A stretch of 64,000 nucleotides of DNA, from the NCBI GenBank assembly GCA_045646305.1, contig JAZRKK010000065.1:11660-75659 (forward strand), written 5' to 3'. Below, piece after piece: positions 28,977-39,457 of the stretch. This DNA comes from Acutalibacteraceae bacterium. GTDB taxonomy: Bacteria; Bacillota; Clostridia; Oscillospirales; Acutalibacteraceae. The stretch's first letter is position 1. Each line of letters starts with the position of its first letter. A program made the position numbers and the translations under genes. The notes under the pieces are model-generated. The model was not told the DNA's origin. It ran no database searches and saw only the letters and a program-made list of their open reading frames with translations.

Positions 28977-30854
28977 TTAGTTTTTGTTATTAAATAAATG
29001 GTAATAATAAACCGGTAATGCGCTCCAGCCGTGACATAGGCTTCCTGCACCGCCAAAGTCGGCTTCACCAAGCATTGTTTCCCAAAATGTTGTAGCGCCG
29101 TGGTCTAACATATATCCGTAAAGTTCACGGATTTCATTTAGGATAAACTCTTTATTATCTGGGTTCGCCGCAAGTAAAGCATCATATTTGTAAATAAGCA
29201 TTGAAAGCGAGGTTTCAATTAAGTTTTTATCCTCTTTAATTGCTTTTACTGTACGCTCATCACCAAGCCCTATAAGCAAAGCAAACGAATTACCAAGTTG
29301 TGATTTAAAACTACGGTCATCGGTGCGAAGCACAAAATTACCATCGTTTTCATCAAAAAACTCATCGTTTATCGCTTTTTTAATAGCATCAAAATCACAT
29401 TCGAATTCTATGCCGGCCATATCGCACATCTCGCAGAACATTTTGCCCGAATACACAAACGCGCAGTTAAGAATCAAGTGGAAGCAATCCTTATATTCAT
29501 AACCATTTTGACCAGGAATTCTATCGTGGCTTCCATCACTCCACTCGTAAAAATTCCAATACGGAGCATTGAATTGGCGAATAAGATTGTTGCTTTCTAG
29601 CTTTTCTTTAAAGTTTTTCATTATTTTAAGCATTGTAGGCATTGCGGTTTCTAAAATTGTTTTATCGCCTGTATGCTTAATGTATTCATAAACCTCTACG
29701 GGATACATAACCGAGAAAAACGGAATTGCAGGTCCATCAACCGAAGGATATGTAAGTTCCAAAAATCCATCAGGACGAGCGCCACGCGCTATAAGTTCAA
29801 GACTGGCTTTGGCAAATTCGGTTTCACGGAATGTATAATAACCGCAAAGCATTTGATTGCGAGAGTCAAGCACATAAAGCGCTTGTTCACGCCAAGGGGT
29901 GTCTTCATAATGCATATTCATACAAAGTCGGAGTGTACGAACACAAACATCATATATTTTTTGATCAAGAGGATTATCAAGCTTTATTGGAGTTTCGGTA
30001 AGTGGATAAATATATGGCATTATACCAACCGATACAACCTCGATACCATCATCTAAAAATGCTTGGATATATCTACCTGACATTCTAATAAAATACTGCT
30101 CAAATTCGTGTTCGCCCTCGCATAACTCGAAATTAAAAGCAAATTCTCTATCCCAAATAGAATAACGCACACCGCCATCGGTTATATGCTGACCATAAGC
30201 GATTTTTGCTGTTCCTGGTTTTGCTGCTTTGAATTTAACTCGCAAATAACCCGCTGTTTCACGACCTAAATCATAAAGGTTTTTATCCTTGTCAATAAGA
30301 TTGCCTTCAACAAATGGTAATTCGATGGTTTTTTTGACAGGGCGAGACTTGATGTTATAGGTCATATCAATCTCGACAGCAGGTATATCACATACATAAC
30401 TACCCAAGCGCATGTCACTTACAAAACCCATTTGGCTAGAAACTAATTTTGTAGTATTTTGGATATATCGGTTATCATAACCACCAAAAACACCCTCGTG
30501 GCTGTATGCAACGGTAGTATCATCTACATCAAGTGTGTAAATAACACCTGCTTTATCCACGATATGAATATGGGTACGAACACCCTCGTATCTCGCAGTA
30601 AGAGTAAATGTGTTTTCGCCATCAATACAAAATTTGGTTATATCAATTTCATCATAATATTTTTCAAACGGATAACCTGCATACTGACCAAAACTTGCCA
30701 CTTTACCGTTCACTTGCAAAACATAGTCCATTTCAGCACAAACTGTAAAGGTTGCTTTTTTGCCGGTAAAATTGAATTTTTCTTCAAAAACTACATATTC
30801 GTTTTGTTTTGGTTCGTGATTTATCCAAATCCATTTTGCATTTTTGTTAAACAT
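28977..30854 (-). CDS. GH78-like six-hairpin glycosidase (alpha-L-rhamnosidase family)
   Basis: The start was moved to ATG 30854 (AGGAG 7 nt upstream). N-terminus MFNKNAKWIWINHEP and C-terminal ..FWETM..GSLCHGWSALPVYY recall bacterial rhamnosidases. No signal peptide. Confidence 0.5.
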   Translation of the reverse strand: MFNKNAKWIWINHEPKQNEYVVFEEKFNFTGKKATFTVCAEMDYVLQVNGKVASFGQYAGYPFEKYYDEIDITKFCIDGENTFTLTARYEGVRTHIHIVDKAGVIYTLDVDDTTVAYSHEGVFGGYDNRYIQNTTKLVSSQMGFVSDMRLGSYVCDIPAVEIDMTYNIKSRPVKKTIELPFVEGNLIDKDKNLYDLGRETAGYLRVKFKAAKPGTAKIAYGQHITDGGVRYSIWDREFAFNFELCEGEHEFEQYFIRMSGRYIQAFLDDGIEVVSVGIMPYIYPLTETPIKLDNPLDQKIYDVCVRTLRLCMNMHYEDTPWREQALYVLDSRNQMLCGYYTFRETEFAKASLELIARGARPDGFLELTYPSVDGPAIPFFSVMYPVEVYEYIKHTGDKTILETAMPTMLKIMKNFKEKLESNNLIRQFNAPYWNFYEWSDGSHDRIPGQNGYEYKDCFHLILNCAFVYSGKMFCEMCDMAGIEFECDFDAIKKAINDEFFDENDGNFVLRTDDRSFKSQLGNSFALLIGLGDERTVKAIKEDKNLIETSLSMLIYKYDALLAANPDNKEFILNEIRELYGYMLDHGATTFWETMLGEADFGGAGSLCHGWSALPVYYYHLFNNKN

Positions 30855-30864
30855 TTTTATTCTC

Positions 30865-31542
30865 CTATCTACCGAAAACATTTTGGGTTGTTATGCCTTT
30901 AATGTGACGAGCATCATTTACAAGTGTAAATTTAGGCGCTATAAGTTCACCCACTTTACCATCAAAAACCACTTCGGTTATCGCGGTATAGTCACAACCA
31001 ATAGTGTAACAAGCATATAAAAACGGAATATTAAAAATGTGCGATATCGCAGCTGTCGAAGCACCAGCGTGACTTGCGAGTAATATTGTATCTTTGTTTT
31101 CGGATGTTATTCGGTAATATTTCCCCTCGCGCTCGAAACCAAAATTTTTAAGCCAGTTGTCGAATTCACACGCAACCTTATTGTAGTCAGAGGCAAGTGT
31201 GACGCCTTTGTATTCTGGGTCACTTTGCCAATCGGCGTTTATGATGTCTTTGCCTTTTCGGGTCCATTCCTCTGCCAATGTCCACGGATGAACATAATCC
31301 TCGGTGTCTTTTACTCCCCATCTGATTTCTCGAATAAAATCAAGTTGGGTAACTTCTAGATTATGTCTGGCGGCTATATGCTCGGCTGTTTGTACAGCTC
31401 GACCGCAAGAGGAGGAAAACATTTTATCAATTTTTTCATCCTTTAATCGCTCGGCCGCCGCTTCTGCTTGGGGGTGACCAAGTTCGGTAAGACAGTCTTT
31501 TATATAATCGGGGTGACCGTGTCTAACAAATATAATTTTCAT
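30865..31542 (-). CDS. Histidine phosphatase family protein (phosphoglycerate-mutase-like)
   Basis: 225 aa. N-terminal catalytic motif IIFVRHGHPD, and a later SHAG histidine region. Confidence 0.75.
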   Translation of the reverse strand: MKIIFVRHGHPDYIKDCLTELGHPQAEAAAERLKDEKIDKMFSSSCGRAVQTAEHIAARHNLEVTQLDFIREIRWGVKDTEDYVHPWTLAEEWTRKGKDIINADWQSDPEYKGVTLASDYNKVACEFDNWLKNFGFEREGKYYRITSENKDTILLASHAGASTAAISHIFNIPFLYACYTIGCDYTAITEVVFDGKVGELIAPKFTLVNDARHIKGITTQNVFGR

Positions 31543-31556
31543 ATTGTTTCCTCATA

Positions 31557-33185
31557 TCAAATCATTTTGCTCGGTGTTTTTTCATACCAATTAAATGTTT
31601 TTTCTTTGCCATTAAGTAACCATTTTTCAGGTATAGCATTTTCCATCCAATCAAGCGGTATAAGAGTATCGGTTTGAAGCGAATTAATGCGATAAGCCTC
31701 TTTTAACTCGCAAAGCTCTGACTCGTTCATAACACCGGGTTTTGGGGATACAAACAGAGGTGTTCCGCTACAAGCAACAGCGGACAACCATTCCCTATTC
31801 ATATTCCAATCAATTTCACCCATAATACCTACACAGTCAGCATCCGCAAGGAAAAACGCTTCGTGATGTAACATTCTAAATGCTAATGCATTTACACCAT
31901 ACTTTCGAACACGTTCCCACTCTTTGCCGCTTGTATCATCACCTGTACGATTAAGATGAACAAGACCTGCTGCTAAATGACCGATTACATTACAACCAAG
32001 AATAATTGCACGACCCTTTGAGGCATTGTAAATAACACGGTAAAAATCAAGTATAACTTCGGCTGTTGTTTTGTTACGATTATAAAAACACCAACCATCT
32101 TTTACAAACTCGCGTGGGCGTTCAAATCCCCAAAAGCCTAACATATCAAAGGTTGAAAAGTCGTGCTTTATAAGGGTATAACCCCAATCACATATTGTAG
32201 TAATAAGGTTTTCTACATATTTAAGTGTGTCAGGGTGTGATGCATCAAGATATTGATTATCCCAATTAGCGCGCATTTCGCTGTCTTGTGTAGTAACTTC
32301 AAATTTTCTATCCGAAAGAGGTCTAATCCAAATACCAGGTCTAGCGCCTAAATCTTTCATTTGACCGGCAAGTAATTTCATATCGTAAAACTTGCCCTCG
32401 CGCAAAACATCCCATGGAGCATCACAAGAATTTTTTTGCCAACCATCATCAAGTACTATGTAAGGTTTGTTTTCTAAATCGCCACAACACTCCATCAGCA
32501 GTCGTGTGTCTTGCAAAATTTCATCATGCGAAGTTTTACCATAAGCGTAGTACCAATTGTTTGTGCCGTAAACCTTATGATCAACAGTTAGTGGAGCATC
32601 GCATAGATGTTTGTAATAATCTTTTAGTGCATCAAAAGCCGATACATTTCGGTAATCAGCAAACAAAACATCACAAACCGAAAGTATACGACCGTCTAAA
32701 ATAACACCTCGGCCACCACAACGAATGTCAAGCCAAAGGGTAACTCCGTTAGTGTCGTATTGCCACATACACATAGCGTTTGGCGCCGCTTTTACACCAA
32801 AGCACTCGGTATATCTGCCGGAAAAATCACGATTTTGGTCACTACCATTAGATACAGCGCAAACCCAAGGCATCATTCGGTCGGCAATTATACTTCGCCA
32901 TTCTAGGTCGCAATACGCGCGTTCCCACGCATCGCCATACACCTTAATTATATCTGATCTTTTTTCTTGTGTTGTAAAATTCCAACGCAAAGTAACATAT
33001 TTAACAGGGGTAGTATCAGCCGTAAGGTCAATATGTAACAAATCTTTTTCTAAAGAAAATTTTACAACAACATCTTCGTTTTTAATACACTCATTAAATT
33101 GATAATTATCATTGCCATTTTCAGTGTAAAGACATACATAATCAGGAGTTCTTATCTGCATAAACATCGCCCTTTCGCACGTCAT
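31557..33185 (-). CDS. Clan GH-D (GH36/GH27-like) alpha-galactosidase-type glycosidase
   Basis: 542 aa. VLDDGWQ, GIWIRP, LIKHDFS and RTGDD resemble the DDGW / KxD / RxxxD motifs of melibiase-type enzymes. An alternative start is ATG 33161, which has better RBS spacing. Confidence 0.5.
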   Translation of the reverse strand: MTCERAMFMQIRTPDYVCLYTENGNDNYQFNECIKNEDVVVKFSLEKDLLHIDLTADTTPVKYVTLRWNFTTQEKRSDIIKVYGDAWERAYCDLEWRSIIADRMMPWVCAVSNGSDQNRDFSGRYTECFGVKAAPNAMCMWQYDTNGVTLWLDIRCGGRGVILDGRILSVCDVLFADYRNVSAFDALKDYYKHLCDAPLTVDHKVYGTNNWYYAYGKTSHDEILQDTRLLMECCGDLENKPYIVLDDGWQKNSCDAPWDVLREGKFYDMKLLAGQMKDLGARPGIWIRPLSDRKFEVTTQDSEMRANWDNQYLDASHPDTLKYVENLITTICDWGYTLIKHDFSTFDMLGFWGFERPREFVKDGWCFYNRNKTTAEVILDFYRVIYNASKGRAIILGCNVIGHLAAGLVHLNRTGDDTSGKEWERVRKYGVNALAFRMLHHEAFFLADADCVGIMGEIDWNMNREWLSAVACSGTPLFVSPKPGVMNESELCELKEAYRINSLQTDTLIPLDWMENAIPEKWLLNGKEKTFNWYEKTPSKMI

Positions 33186-33264
33186 ACTATTTAATTTTGA
33201 TTATATATTAGAAAGCACTTTTTTGCAATATCAATTTAGCCTTAAAACGATTTTTATGTTAGAA

Positions 33265-33292
33265 AAAAAGCGAGGATTATTCCTCGCTTTTT
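33265..33292 (-). terminator. Terminator of the pflBA operon
   Basis: Stem AAAAAGCGAGGA/TCCTCGCTTTTT. The pflA stop codon is in the loop, and a T-run follows on the minus strand. Confidence 0.7.
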
Positions 33293-34002
33293 ATAATTTT
33301 ATTAAGTTTTGTCATAATGTCGTTGTTCGCTTCTGGTAAATGCCCAAAACGGAACTCCATACCCATATTCTCATACTTTGTTGTGCAAATTTTTCTAAAA
33401 GGCAAAAGTTCGACCTTATCAACACAGGAATAACTATTTGCAATTTGTTTTAACAAATGTATGTTTTCCTCGTTATCGTTAATTGTAGGTATTATTACCT
33501 GTCGCAAGGTGGTGGGTATTTTTTGCTTGTTTAGATATTTCAAAAACTCGATAGGTTTTTGCATTTCACAACCAACATACTCCATATAATCGGCATCATT
33601 TGTATACTTAATATCAAGTAAAACTCGGTCAGTAACGGTTAGCAGTCTTTTTACATTGGTATCTAAAATGCTACCCGATGTATCAAGGCATGTGTTTATA
33701 CCCACGTTATGACAAAGTTTGAATATTTCGTATGCAAACTCACTTTGAAGCAATGGCTCGCCACCCGAAAGGGTGATACCCCCAACTTCACCAAAATAGT
33801 CCTTGTAATTTTGAGCCTTTTTAACTATTTGCTCTGCCGTGTACTGAGTACCTATGCCCTCTTCTAACGTATCGGGATTATGACAACAGCCACACTGCAA
33901 ATTACATCCTTGCAAAAACACCACAAATCGCACACCAGGTCCATCAACAGTACCTAGACTTTGAATCGAATGAACAAAACCCTTTGCGCCGCTTTTTATC
34001 AT
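33277..34002 (-). CDS. pflA: Pyruvate formate-lyase activating enzyme (radical SAM)
   Basis: 241 aa. [24 protein letters not shown] contains the CxxxCxxC cluster. The start overlaps the pflB stop. Confidence 0.9.
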   Translation of the reverse strand: MIKSGAKGFVHSIQSLGTVDGPGVRFVVFLQGCNLQCGCCHNPDTLEEGIGTQYTAEQIVKKAQNYKDYFGEVGGITLSGGEPLLQSEFAYEIFKLCHNVGINTCLDTSGSILDTNVKRLLTVTDRVLLDIKYTNDADYMEYVGCEMQKPIEFLKYLNKQKIPTTLRQVIIPTINDNEENIHLLKQIANSYSCVDKVELLPFRKICTTKYENMGMEFRFGHLPEANNDIMTKLNKIIKSEE

Positions 34003-36230
34003 ACTGTTTCGTGGAATGTACGGCTTATAACCTCACGTTGTTGTTCACGAGAAAGCTTGTTAAAGTTAACAGCATAACCCGAAACACGAATTGTAAGGTT
34101 TGGATATTTTTCAGGATTTTCATAAGCATCCATAAGTGTTTCACGATTGAGCACGTTTATGTTTATATGATGTGCACCCTTTGTGAAATAACCATCAAGA
34201 ATTGCAACCAAGTTGTTAATTCTTTCGTCATCTGTTTTACCAAGTGCTTCAGGAGTAATTGAAAATGTATTTGAAATACCATCACGGCAATCATCATAGC
34301 TAATTTTTGCAACTGAGTTAAGTGAAGCCAACGCGCCGTTTTGTTCACGGTTGTGCATTGGGTTAGCACCTGGTGCAAAAGGTTCACCTGATTTTCTACC
34401 ATCAGGGGTTGCGCCTGTGTTTTTACCATACATAACGTTTGAAGTAATTGTAAGTACTGACAATGTATGAATAGCATCACGATAGGTTGCTGTTTTACGA
34501 AGTTCGGTAATAACCTTATGAGCCATATCTTTTGCGATTAGGTCAACGCGGTCATCATCATTACCAAATTTAGGGAAATCGCCCAAGGTTTCGTAATCAA
34601 CGATATAGCCCTCTTCATTACGAACCGGTTTTACTGTTGCATATTTAATTGCGCTAAGCGAGTCAGCAACAACTGAAAATCCTGCTACACCAAACGCCAT
34701 CAAACGCTCAACATCTGTATCGTGAAGTGCCATTTGAACCTTTTCGTAGCAATACTTATCGTGCATATAGTGGATTATATTCATTGTGTTTACGTAAAGA
34801 TGTGACAACCACTTGATATATATGTCATATCTTTCCATAACGGTTTCAAAATCAAGTTTTTCACTAGTGATTGGTTCCATCTGAGGACCAATGTGAATAC
34901 CGGTCATTGCATCATAACCACCGTTAAGGGCAATGTTTAAAAGCTTAGCTAGGTTACAACGTGCGCCGAAGAACTGCATCTGCTTACCAATTCTCATTGC
35001 TGATACGCAGCAAGCGATTGCATAGTCATCACCGTAAATTGGGCGCATTAAGTCATCGCTTTCATATTGTATAGAGTCAGTATCTTTAGAAACCTTAGCA
35101 CAGAACTTTTTAAATCCATCAGGTAAATCCTTTGACCAAAGTACAGTTAAGTTTGGTTCTGGTGATGAACCAAGAGTGTAAAGTGTGTTAAGAATACGGA
35201 AGCTACTCTTTGTAACAAGAGTTCTACCATCTTCGCCCATACCGCCGACAGCTTCAGTAATCCACATAGGATCGCCGCCGAAAAGTTCGTTGTATTCAGG
35301 TGTACGCAAGTGACGCGCAATACGAAGTTTGATAACAAAATCATCAAACAATTCCTGTGCTTGTTGTTCGGTAAGTGTACCGTTTGCAATATCACGTTCA
35401 ATATATATATCAAAGAAACTTGCAACTCTACCAAGCGACATAGCTGCACCATTTTGTTCTTTAATAGCGCCAAGATATGCAAAGTATGTCCACTGAATAG
35501 CTTCGTGTGTGTTGGCAGCAGGACCACTTATATCAAAGCCATGTTGAGCCGCCATATCTTTAAGTTTTCCAAGGAAAGAAATTTGCTTAAAGAGTTCTTC
35601 ATCACAACGAATTGTTTTTGTGTCAAATGCTTTATCAGCCAACGCTAATTTATCTTTTTTCTTTTCTTCAATAAGTCTATCAATACCATAAACAGCTACA
35701 CGGCGATAGTCACCAATAATACGACCACGACCATAAGCATCAGGCAAACCTGTGATAACATGGCACTTACGAGCTAAACGCATTTCCTCGGTGTATGCAC
35801 GGAATACGCCCTCGTTGTGAGTGGTACGGAAACGGAATTCATCCTCGATAGTTTCAGAAAGTTTGTAACCATACGCTTCACAAGCCTGACGTGCCATACG
35901 AATACCACCAAAAGGACTTACACCTCTCTTTAATGGGCGGTTTGTTTGCATACCAACAATAAGCTCATTTTCCTTGTCAATATATCCTGGTGAAAAACTT
36001 GTAAGCGAAGAAACGGTTGCTGTGTCTATGTCAAGCACACCGCCGAATTGGCGCTCAAGCGCAAAAAGCGCTTGTACCTTTTTCATTAAGTTGTTTGTAC
36101 GTTCGGTAGCACCTTCTAAGAAAGATTCATCACCTTTGTACTCTGTGTAGTTTTTTTGAATAAAGTCACGTACGTTTATTTCATCCTGCCATACGCCTTC
36201 TTTAAATCCTAACCAATTTTTGTGTTCCAT
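33999..36230 (-). CDS. pflB: Formate C-acetyltransferase (pyruvate formate-lyase)
   Basis: 743 aa. Active-site CC (IACCVSAM) and the C-terminal glycyl-radical motif RVSGYAVNF. Confidence 0.95.
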   Translation of the reverse strand: MEHKNWLGFKEGVWQDEINVRDFIQKNYTEYKGDESFLEGATERTNNLMKKVQALFALERQFGGVLDIDTATVSSLTSFSPGYIDKENELIVGMQTNRPLKRGVSPFGGIRMARQACEAYGYKLSETIEDEFRFRTTHNEGVFRAYTEEMRLARKCHVITGLPDAYGRGRIIGDYRRVAVYGIDRLIEEKKKDKLALADKAFDTKTIRCDEELFKQISFLGKLKDMAAQHGFDISGPAANTHEAIQWTYFAYLGAIKEQNGAAMSLGRVASFFDIYIERDIANGTLTEQQAQELFDDFVIKLRIARHLRTPEYNELFGGDPMWITEAVGGMGEDGRTLVTKSSFRILNTLYTLGSSPEPNLTVLWSKDLPDGFKKFCAKVSKDTDSIQYESDDLMRPIYGDDYAIACCVSAMRIGKQMQFFGARCNLAKLLNIALNGGYDAMTGIHIGPQMEPITSEKLDFETVMERYDIYIKWLSHLYVNTMNIIHYMHDKYCYEKVQMALHDTDVERLMAFGVAGFSVVADSLSAIKYATVKPVRNEEGYIVDYETLGDFPKFGNDDDRVDLIAKDMAHKVITELRKTATYRDAIHTLSVLTITSNVMYGKNTGATPDGRKSGEPFAPGANPMHNREQNGALASLNSVAKISYDDCRDGISNTFSITPEALGKTDDERINNLVAILDGYFTKGAHHININVLNRETLMDAYENPEKYPNLTIRVSGYAVNFNKLSREQQREVISRTFHETV

Positions 36231-36261
36231 ATATTATACCTCCTGTATTATGCTGTTTGCC

Positions 36262-36390
36262 CAAAAAAAGAGCAAATCAGTACATTTTACTGACTTGCCC
36301 AGACGGTCGGCACTAATTGATGTTTTCATCAATAAAATCTTTTACATTCCCTCTGCGACAATTCGCAAAATTCCGTCAGTCATGCAAAAG
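36262..36390 (-). promoter_or_regulatory. ZTP (pfl-motif) riboswitch with an intrinsic terminator in the pflB leader
   Basis: Minus-strand RNA elements: P1 CUUUUGCAU...AUGUAAAAG; junction GACUGACGG; P2 UUGCGA-AUUG-UCGCAG; AGGGA; 3' subdomain GACCGUCUGGGCA, where CCGUC can pair with GACGG to form the pseudoknot. This is followed by stem GCAAGUCAGUA/UACUGAUUUGC plus U7. The genomic context (pfl) is the archetype for this riboswitch class. Confidence 0.7.
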
Positions 36391-36407
36391 CGTTAGTTAG
36401 TATCTGT

Positions 36408-36436
36408 ATTATAATACACAATATATAGTTTGTCAA
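36408..36436 (-). promoter_or_regulatory. Consensus sigma-A promoter of pflB
   Basis: Minus strand: TTGACA (36436-36431), a 17-nt spacer, then TATAAT (36413-36408). Confidence 0.7.
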
Positions 36437-36485
36437 TGCAAAATTAAAAGAAAATATTGTGTTTTTGTCAAAAAAACACAAACTA

Positions 36486-36514
36486 TTGACATTGCGAGCG
36501 ACAATATGTACAAT
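36486..36514 (+). promoter_or_regulatory. Sigma-A promoter of the downstream membrane-protein gene
   Basis: TTGACA (36486-36491), a 17-nt spacer, then TACAAT (36509-36514). Confidence 0.6.
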
Positions 36515-36528
36515 ATGTAGTATGCATA

Positions 36529-37245
36529 ATGTGTATATTGTGGGGTGCGATTTTGAAAAAAATTAAAATTTATAGTGAAATTATATACGTAATAGCGCAG
36601 TTAGGGCTCACTTTAGCCGTAGCAATAATGGCAGCGGCGGATTTTGGCGTATCTATGATCGTAGCACCCGCATATATTGTAAGCCAAAAATTCACAATAT
36701 TTACCTTTGGACAATGGGATTACATAATTCAGGGCGTATTATTCATAATATTTTGTGTTTGTATGAAAAAATTTAAACTTACCTATTTCGTATCTTTTAT
36801 TACCTGTGTAATTTATGGCACCATATTAGATGTGTGGCGCGAAATTATACCTATATTAAATCCTGCTGTAACTGCACCTGGAAGTATGGATTTGTGGGTA
36901 CGAATAGTTATGTTTGTTTTAGGCGAACTTCTTACGGCGTTTACGGTAATGTTGTTTTTTAAGACATACATTTATCCACAGGTTTGCGATTTATTTGTAA
37001 AAGGTATTGTAGAAAAATACGGACTTAATCAAATTAAATGCAAACGTATTTTCGACCTTAGTTGTTTAACACTTTCACTCGTTCTTACGCTTGTTTTATT
37101 TAAAAGTTTTGTAGGAATAAAACTTGGAACAGTAATAATTGCTATTGTAAACAGTGTGCTTATTGGATTTTTCGCAAAACTGTATGACAAATATTTCGAA
37201 ACTGTCGAACTTTTTCCAAAATTCGCAAATAAATTCAAATTTTAA
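36529..37245 (+). CDS. Integral membrane protein of unknown function (YczE/YitT-like)
   Basis: 238-aa ORF with about 6 hydrophobic helices. The real start may be the TTG at 36553 (LKKIKIY). Confidence 0.55.
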   Translation: MCILWGAILKKIKIYSEIIYVIAQLGLTLAVAIMAAADFGVSMIVAPAYIVSQKFTIFTFGQWDYIIQGVLFIIFCVCMKKFKLTYFVSFITCVIYGTILDVWREIIPILNPAVTAPGSMDLWVRIVMFVLGELLTAFTVMLFFKTYIYPQVCDLFVKGIVEKYGLNQIKCKRIFDLSCLTLSLVLTLVLFKSFVGIKLGTVIIAIVNSVLIGFFAKLYDKYFETVELFPKFANKFKF

Positions 37246-37259
37246 AAAGGAAAATTTAT

Positions 37260-37916
37260 ATGACTTATAATGAAATAAAGAAAAACCAAGATATTCGCAA
37301 TTATATATCAGCCGCAGATGAATCCTTATTAGCGCTTGGTTTTACCGAGCATAGTTTTGCTCACGTAACATCTGTCGCTGAAAAGGCAGGATATATTTTA
37401 TCTACCTTAGGTTATGATGACAGAACAGTTGAGCTTGTTAAAATTGCGGGTTATCTTCACGATATAGGAAATCTTGTAAACCGAATCGAGCATAGCCAAA
37501 GTGGTGCTGTTATGGCATTTAGAATCCTTGATAATCTCGGCTTTGCTTCAAGCGAAATTGCTGATATTGTAACCGCGATAGGCAATCATGATGAAGGAAC
37601 GGGAGTTCCTGTAAGCGAATTTGCCGCAGCGCTTATTTTAGCCGACAAATCAGATGTTAGGCGTAATAGAGTTCGTAATATAAAAAAATTAAATTTTGAT
37701 ATTCACGACAGAGTGAATTATTCAGTAACAAGCTCAGATCTTACGATTGCGGATGATAAAAAAACAATAACCTTAACTCTTACAATTGATACGAATTATG
37801 GCTCGGTTATGGATTATTTCGAAATTTTTATGGAACGAATGATTCTTTGCCGTAAGTCAGCAGAAAAATTAGGACTTAAATTCCAACTGGTTATAAACAA
37901 TCAACAATTACTATAA
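37260..37916 (+). CDS. HD-domain phosphohydrolase
   Basis: 218 aa. HSFAHV, GYLHDIGN and GNHDE metal-binding motifs. Confidence 0.75.
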   Translation: MTYNEIKKNQDIRNYISAADESLLALGFTEHSFAHVTSVAEKAGYILSTLGYDDRTVELVKIAGYLHDIGNLVNRIEHSQSGAVMAFRILDNLGFASSEIADIVTAIGNHDEGTGVPVSEFAAALILADKSDVRRNRVRNIKKLNFDIHDRVNYSVTSSDLTIADDKKTITLTLTIDTNYGSVMDYFEIFMERMILCRKSAEKLGLKFQLVINNQQLL

Positions 37917-37920
37917 AAAA

Positions 37921-37948
37921 ACAAGCAAGGCTTTAACACCTTGCTTGT
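37921..37948. terminator. Bidirectional terminator between the HD gene and galT
   Basis: Stem ACAAGCAAGG/CCTTGCTTGT flanked by A6 and T5 runs. Confidence 0.75.
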
Positions 37949-37951
37949 TTT

Positions 37952-39445
37952 TTATTTGTTAACGTATTCAATAAATTTGATAAATGCCGCTTGACCTTTT
38001 TCATCACGCTTAAACACACCTGCGTCTTCAAGTACTTTAGAAAACACAATACCGATTTCATCTTTGATAATCTTATCAATATTGTCAGCGTTTATATCAG
38101 CATATTTTGCCTTAATCTCATCTGCCCAATCAGCATGTTTTTCAATGCTTTCAATAGCTCTGATATCAGCGCCCTCAAGCATAGCTTTTTGAAGTTCAGC
38201 CATTTCATCCTTTAGACGAGCAGGAAGCACCGCAAGACCCATAACCTCGATAAGGCCAATATTTTCTTTCTTAATATGATGAAGTTCTGGATGCGGATGG
38301 AAGTATCCAAGTGGATATTCCTCGGTGGTAATATTGTTGCGAAGCACTAAATCAAGTTCGTATTTACCATCGCGCATACGAGCGATTGGCGTTGCGGCGT
38401 TGTGTGGCTCGCCATCAGTTTGAGCAAACACAAACACACTTTCATCAGTATATCCTTGCCAAGTGGTGAAGATTTTATCAGCAAGATCGATAACTCGTTC
38501 TGCGCTGTCGCCTGTAAGTCTAATTACTGACATAGGCCATTTTACAAGACCTGCGGTAATATCTTCATAACCTTTGAATACTATTGGATATTCAATAGGC
38601 GCTTTTTCCATAGCAAAGCTATAACGACCACCTTGGAAATGTTCGTGGCTTAAAATTGAACCACCAACGATTGGCAAACCAGCGTTAGAACCAATAAAGT
38701 AGTGTGGGAACATTTTTACAAAATCAAAGAGTTTACAAAATGCTTTTTTGTTTACAAGCATAGGTGTATGCTCTGAATTAAGTAAAATGCAGTGCTCAGG
38801 ATAATAAACGTATGGTGAATACTGCATAAACCAATCTTCATCAGTAAGGCGAACAGGAATTAATCGATGATTTTGACGCGCCGGAAAATTAAGTCTTCCA
38901 GCATATCCTTCGCACTCTTTACAAAGCAAACACTTTGGATAATCAGATTGTGGAGCATTTTTTGCTGCCATAATCTCCTCAAGGCTTTTTTCAGGTTTTG
39001 AAAGATTTATTGTAATATCAAGATCACCATATTCGGTAGGAGAAAGCCATTTAATATCCTTTGCAATTCTATAAGTGCGAATATAGTCACTATCTTTTGA
39101 AAGTTTGTGATAATAATCGGTTGCGCACTCAGGAGATACGTTGTAGCGGCTGAAAAATTCAAATTCAACCTCTGATGGGCGTGGCATCATTAGACCCATC
39201 AATTTGGTATCGAAAAGGTCCTTAGCTGTTATATTATCTTCAATAATTCCCTTTTCAACCGCATAGTCAAGAATTGCACCAAGTGTGCTTTCTAAATCAA
39301 CATCTGTAAATTCTTGCTCACACTCTAACTCGCCAAGTTTTAAAGCATCGACAAGTAGATTTGTTACATAGATTTGGTCGCGATTTGTAAACAAACCTTT
39401 TTCAAGACCATAGCATATAAGTTTTTTAACTTCGGCTTGTATCAT
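37952..39445 (-). CDS. galT: UDP-glucose--hexose-1-phosphate uridylyltransferase (type 2 GalT)
   Basis: 497 aa, the typical Firmicute long-form GalT size. Contains a HEHFQGG histidine-triad-like motif. Confidence 0.8.
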   Translation of the reverse strand: MIQAEVKKLICYGLEKGLFTNRDQIYVTNLLVDALKLGELECEQEFTDVDLESTLGAILDYAVEKGIIEDNITAKDLFDTKLMGLMMPRPSEVEFEFFSRYNVSPECATDYYHKLSKDSDYIRTYRIAKDIKWLSPTEYGDLDITINLSKPEKSLEEIMAAKNAPQSDYPKCLLCKECEGYAGRLNFPARQNHRLIPVRLTDEDWFMQYSPYVYYPEHCILLNSEHTPMLVNKKAFCKLFDFVKMFPHYFIGSNAGLPIVGGSILSHEHFQGGRYSFAMEKAPIEYPIVFKGYEDITAGLVKWPMSVIRLTGDSAERVIDLADKIFTTWQGYTDESVFVFAQTDGEPHNAATPIARMRDGKYELDLVLRNNITTEEYPLGYFHPHPELHHIKKENIGLIEVMGLAVLPARLKDEMAELQKAMLEGADIRAIESIEKHADWADEIKAKYADINADNIDKIIKDEIGIVFSKVLEDAGVFKRDEKGQAAFIKFIEYVNK

Positions 39446-39457
39446 ATTGTCACCTTT

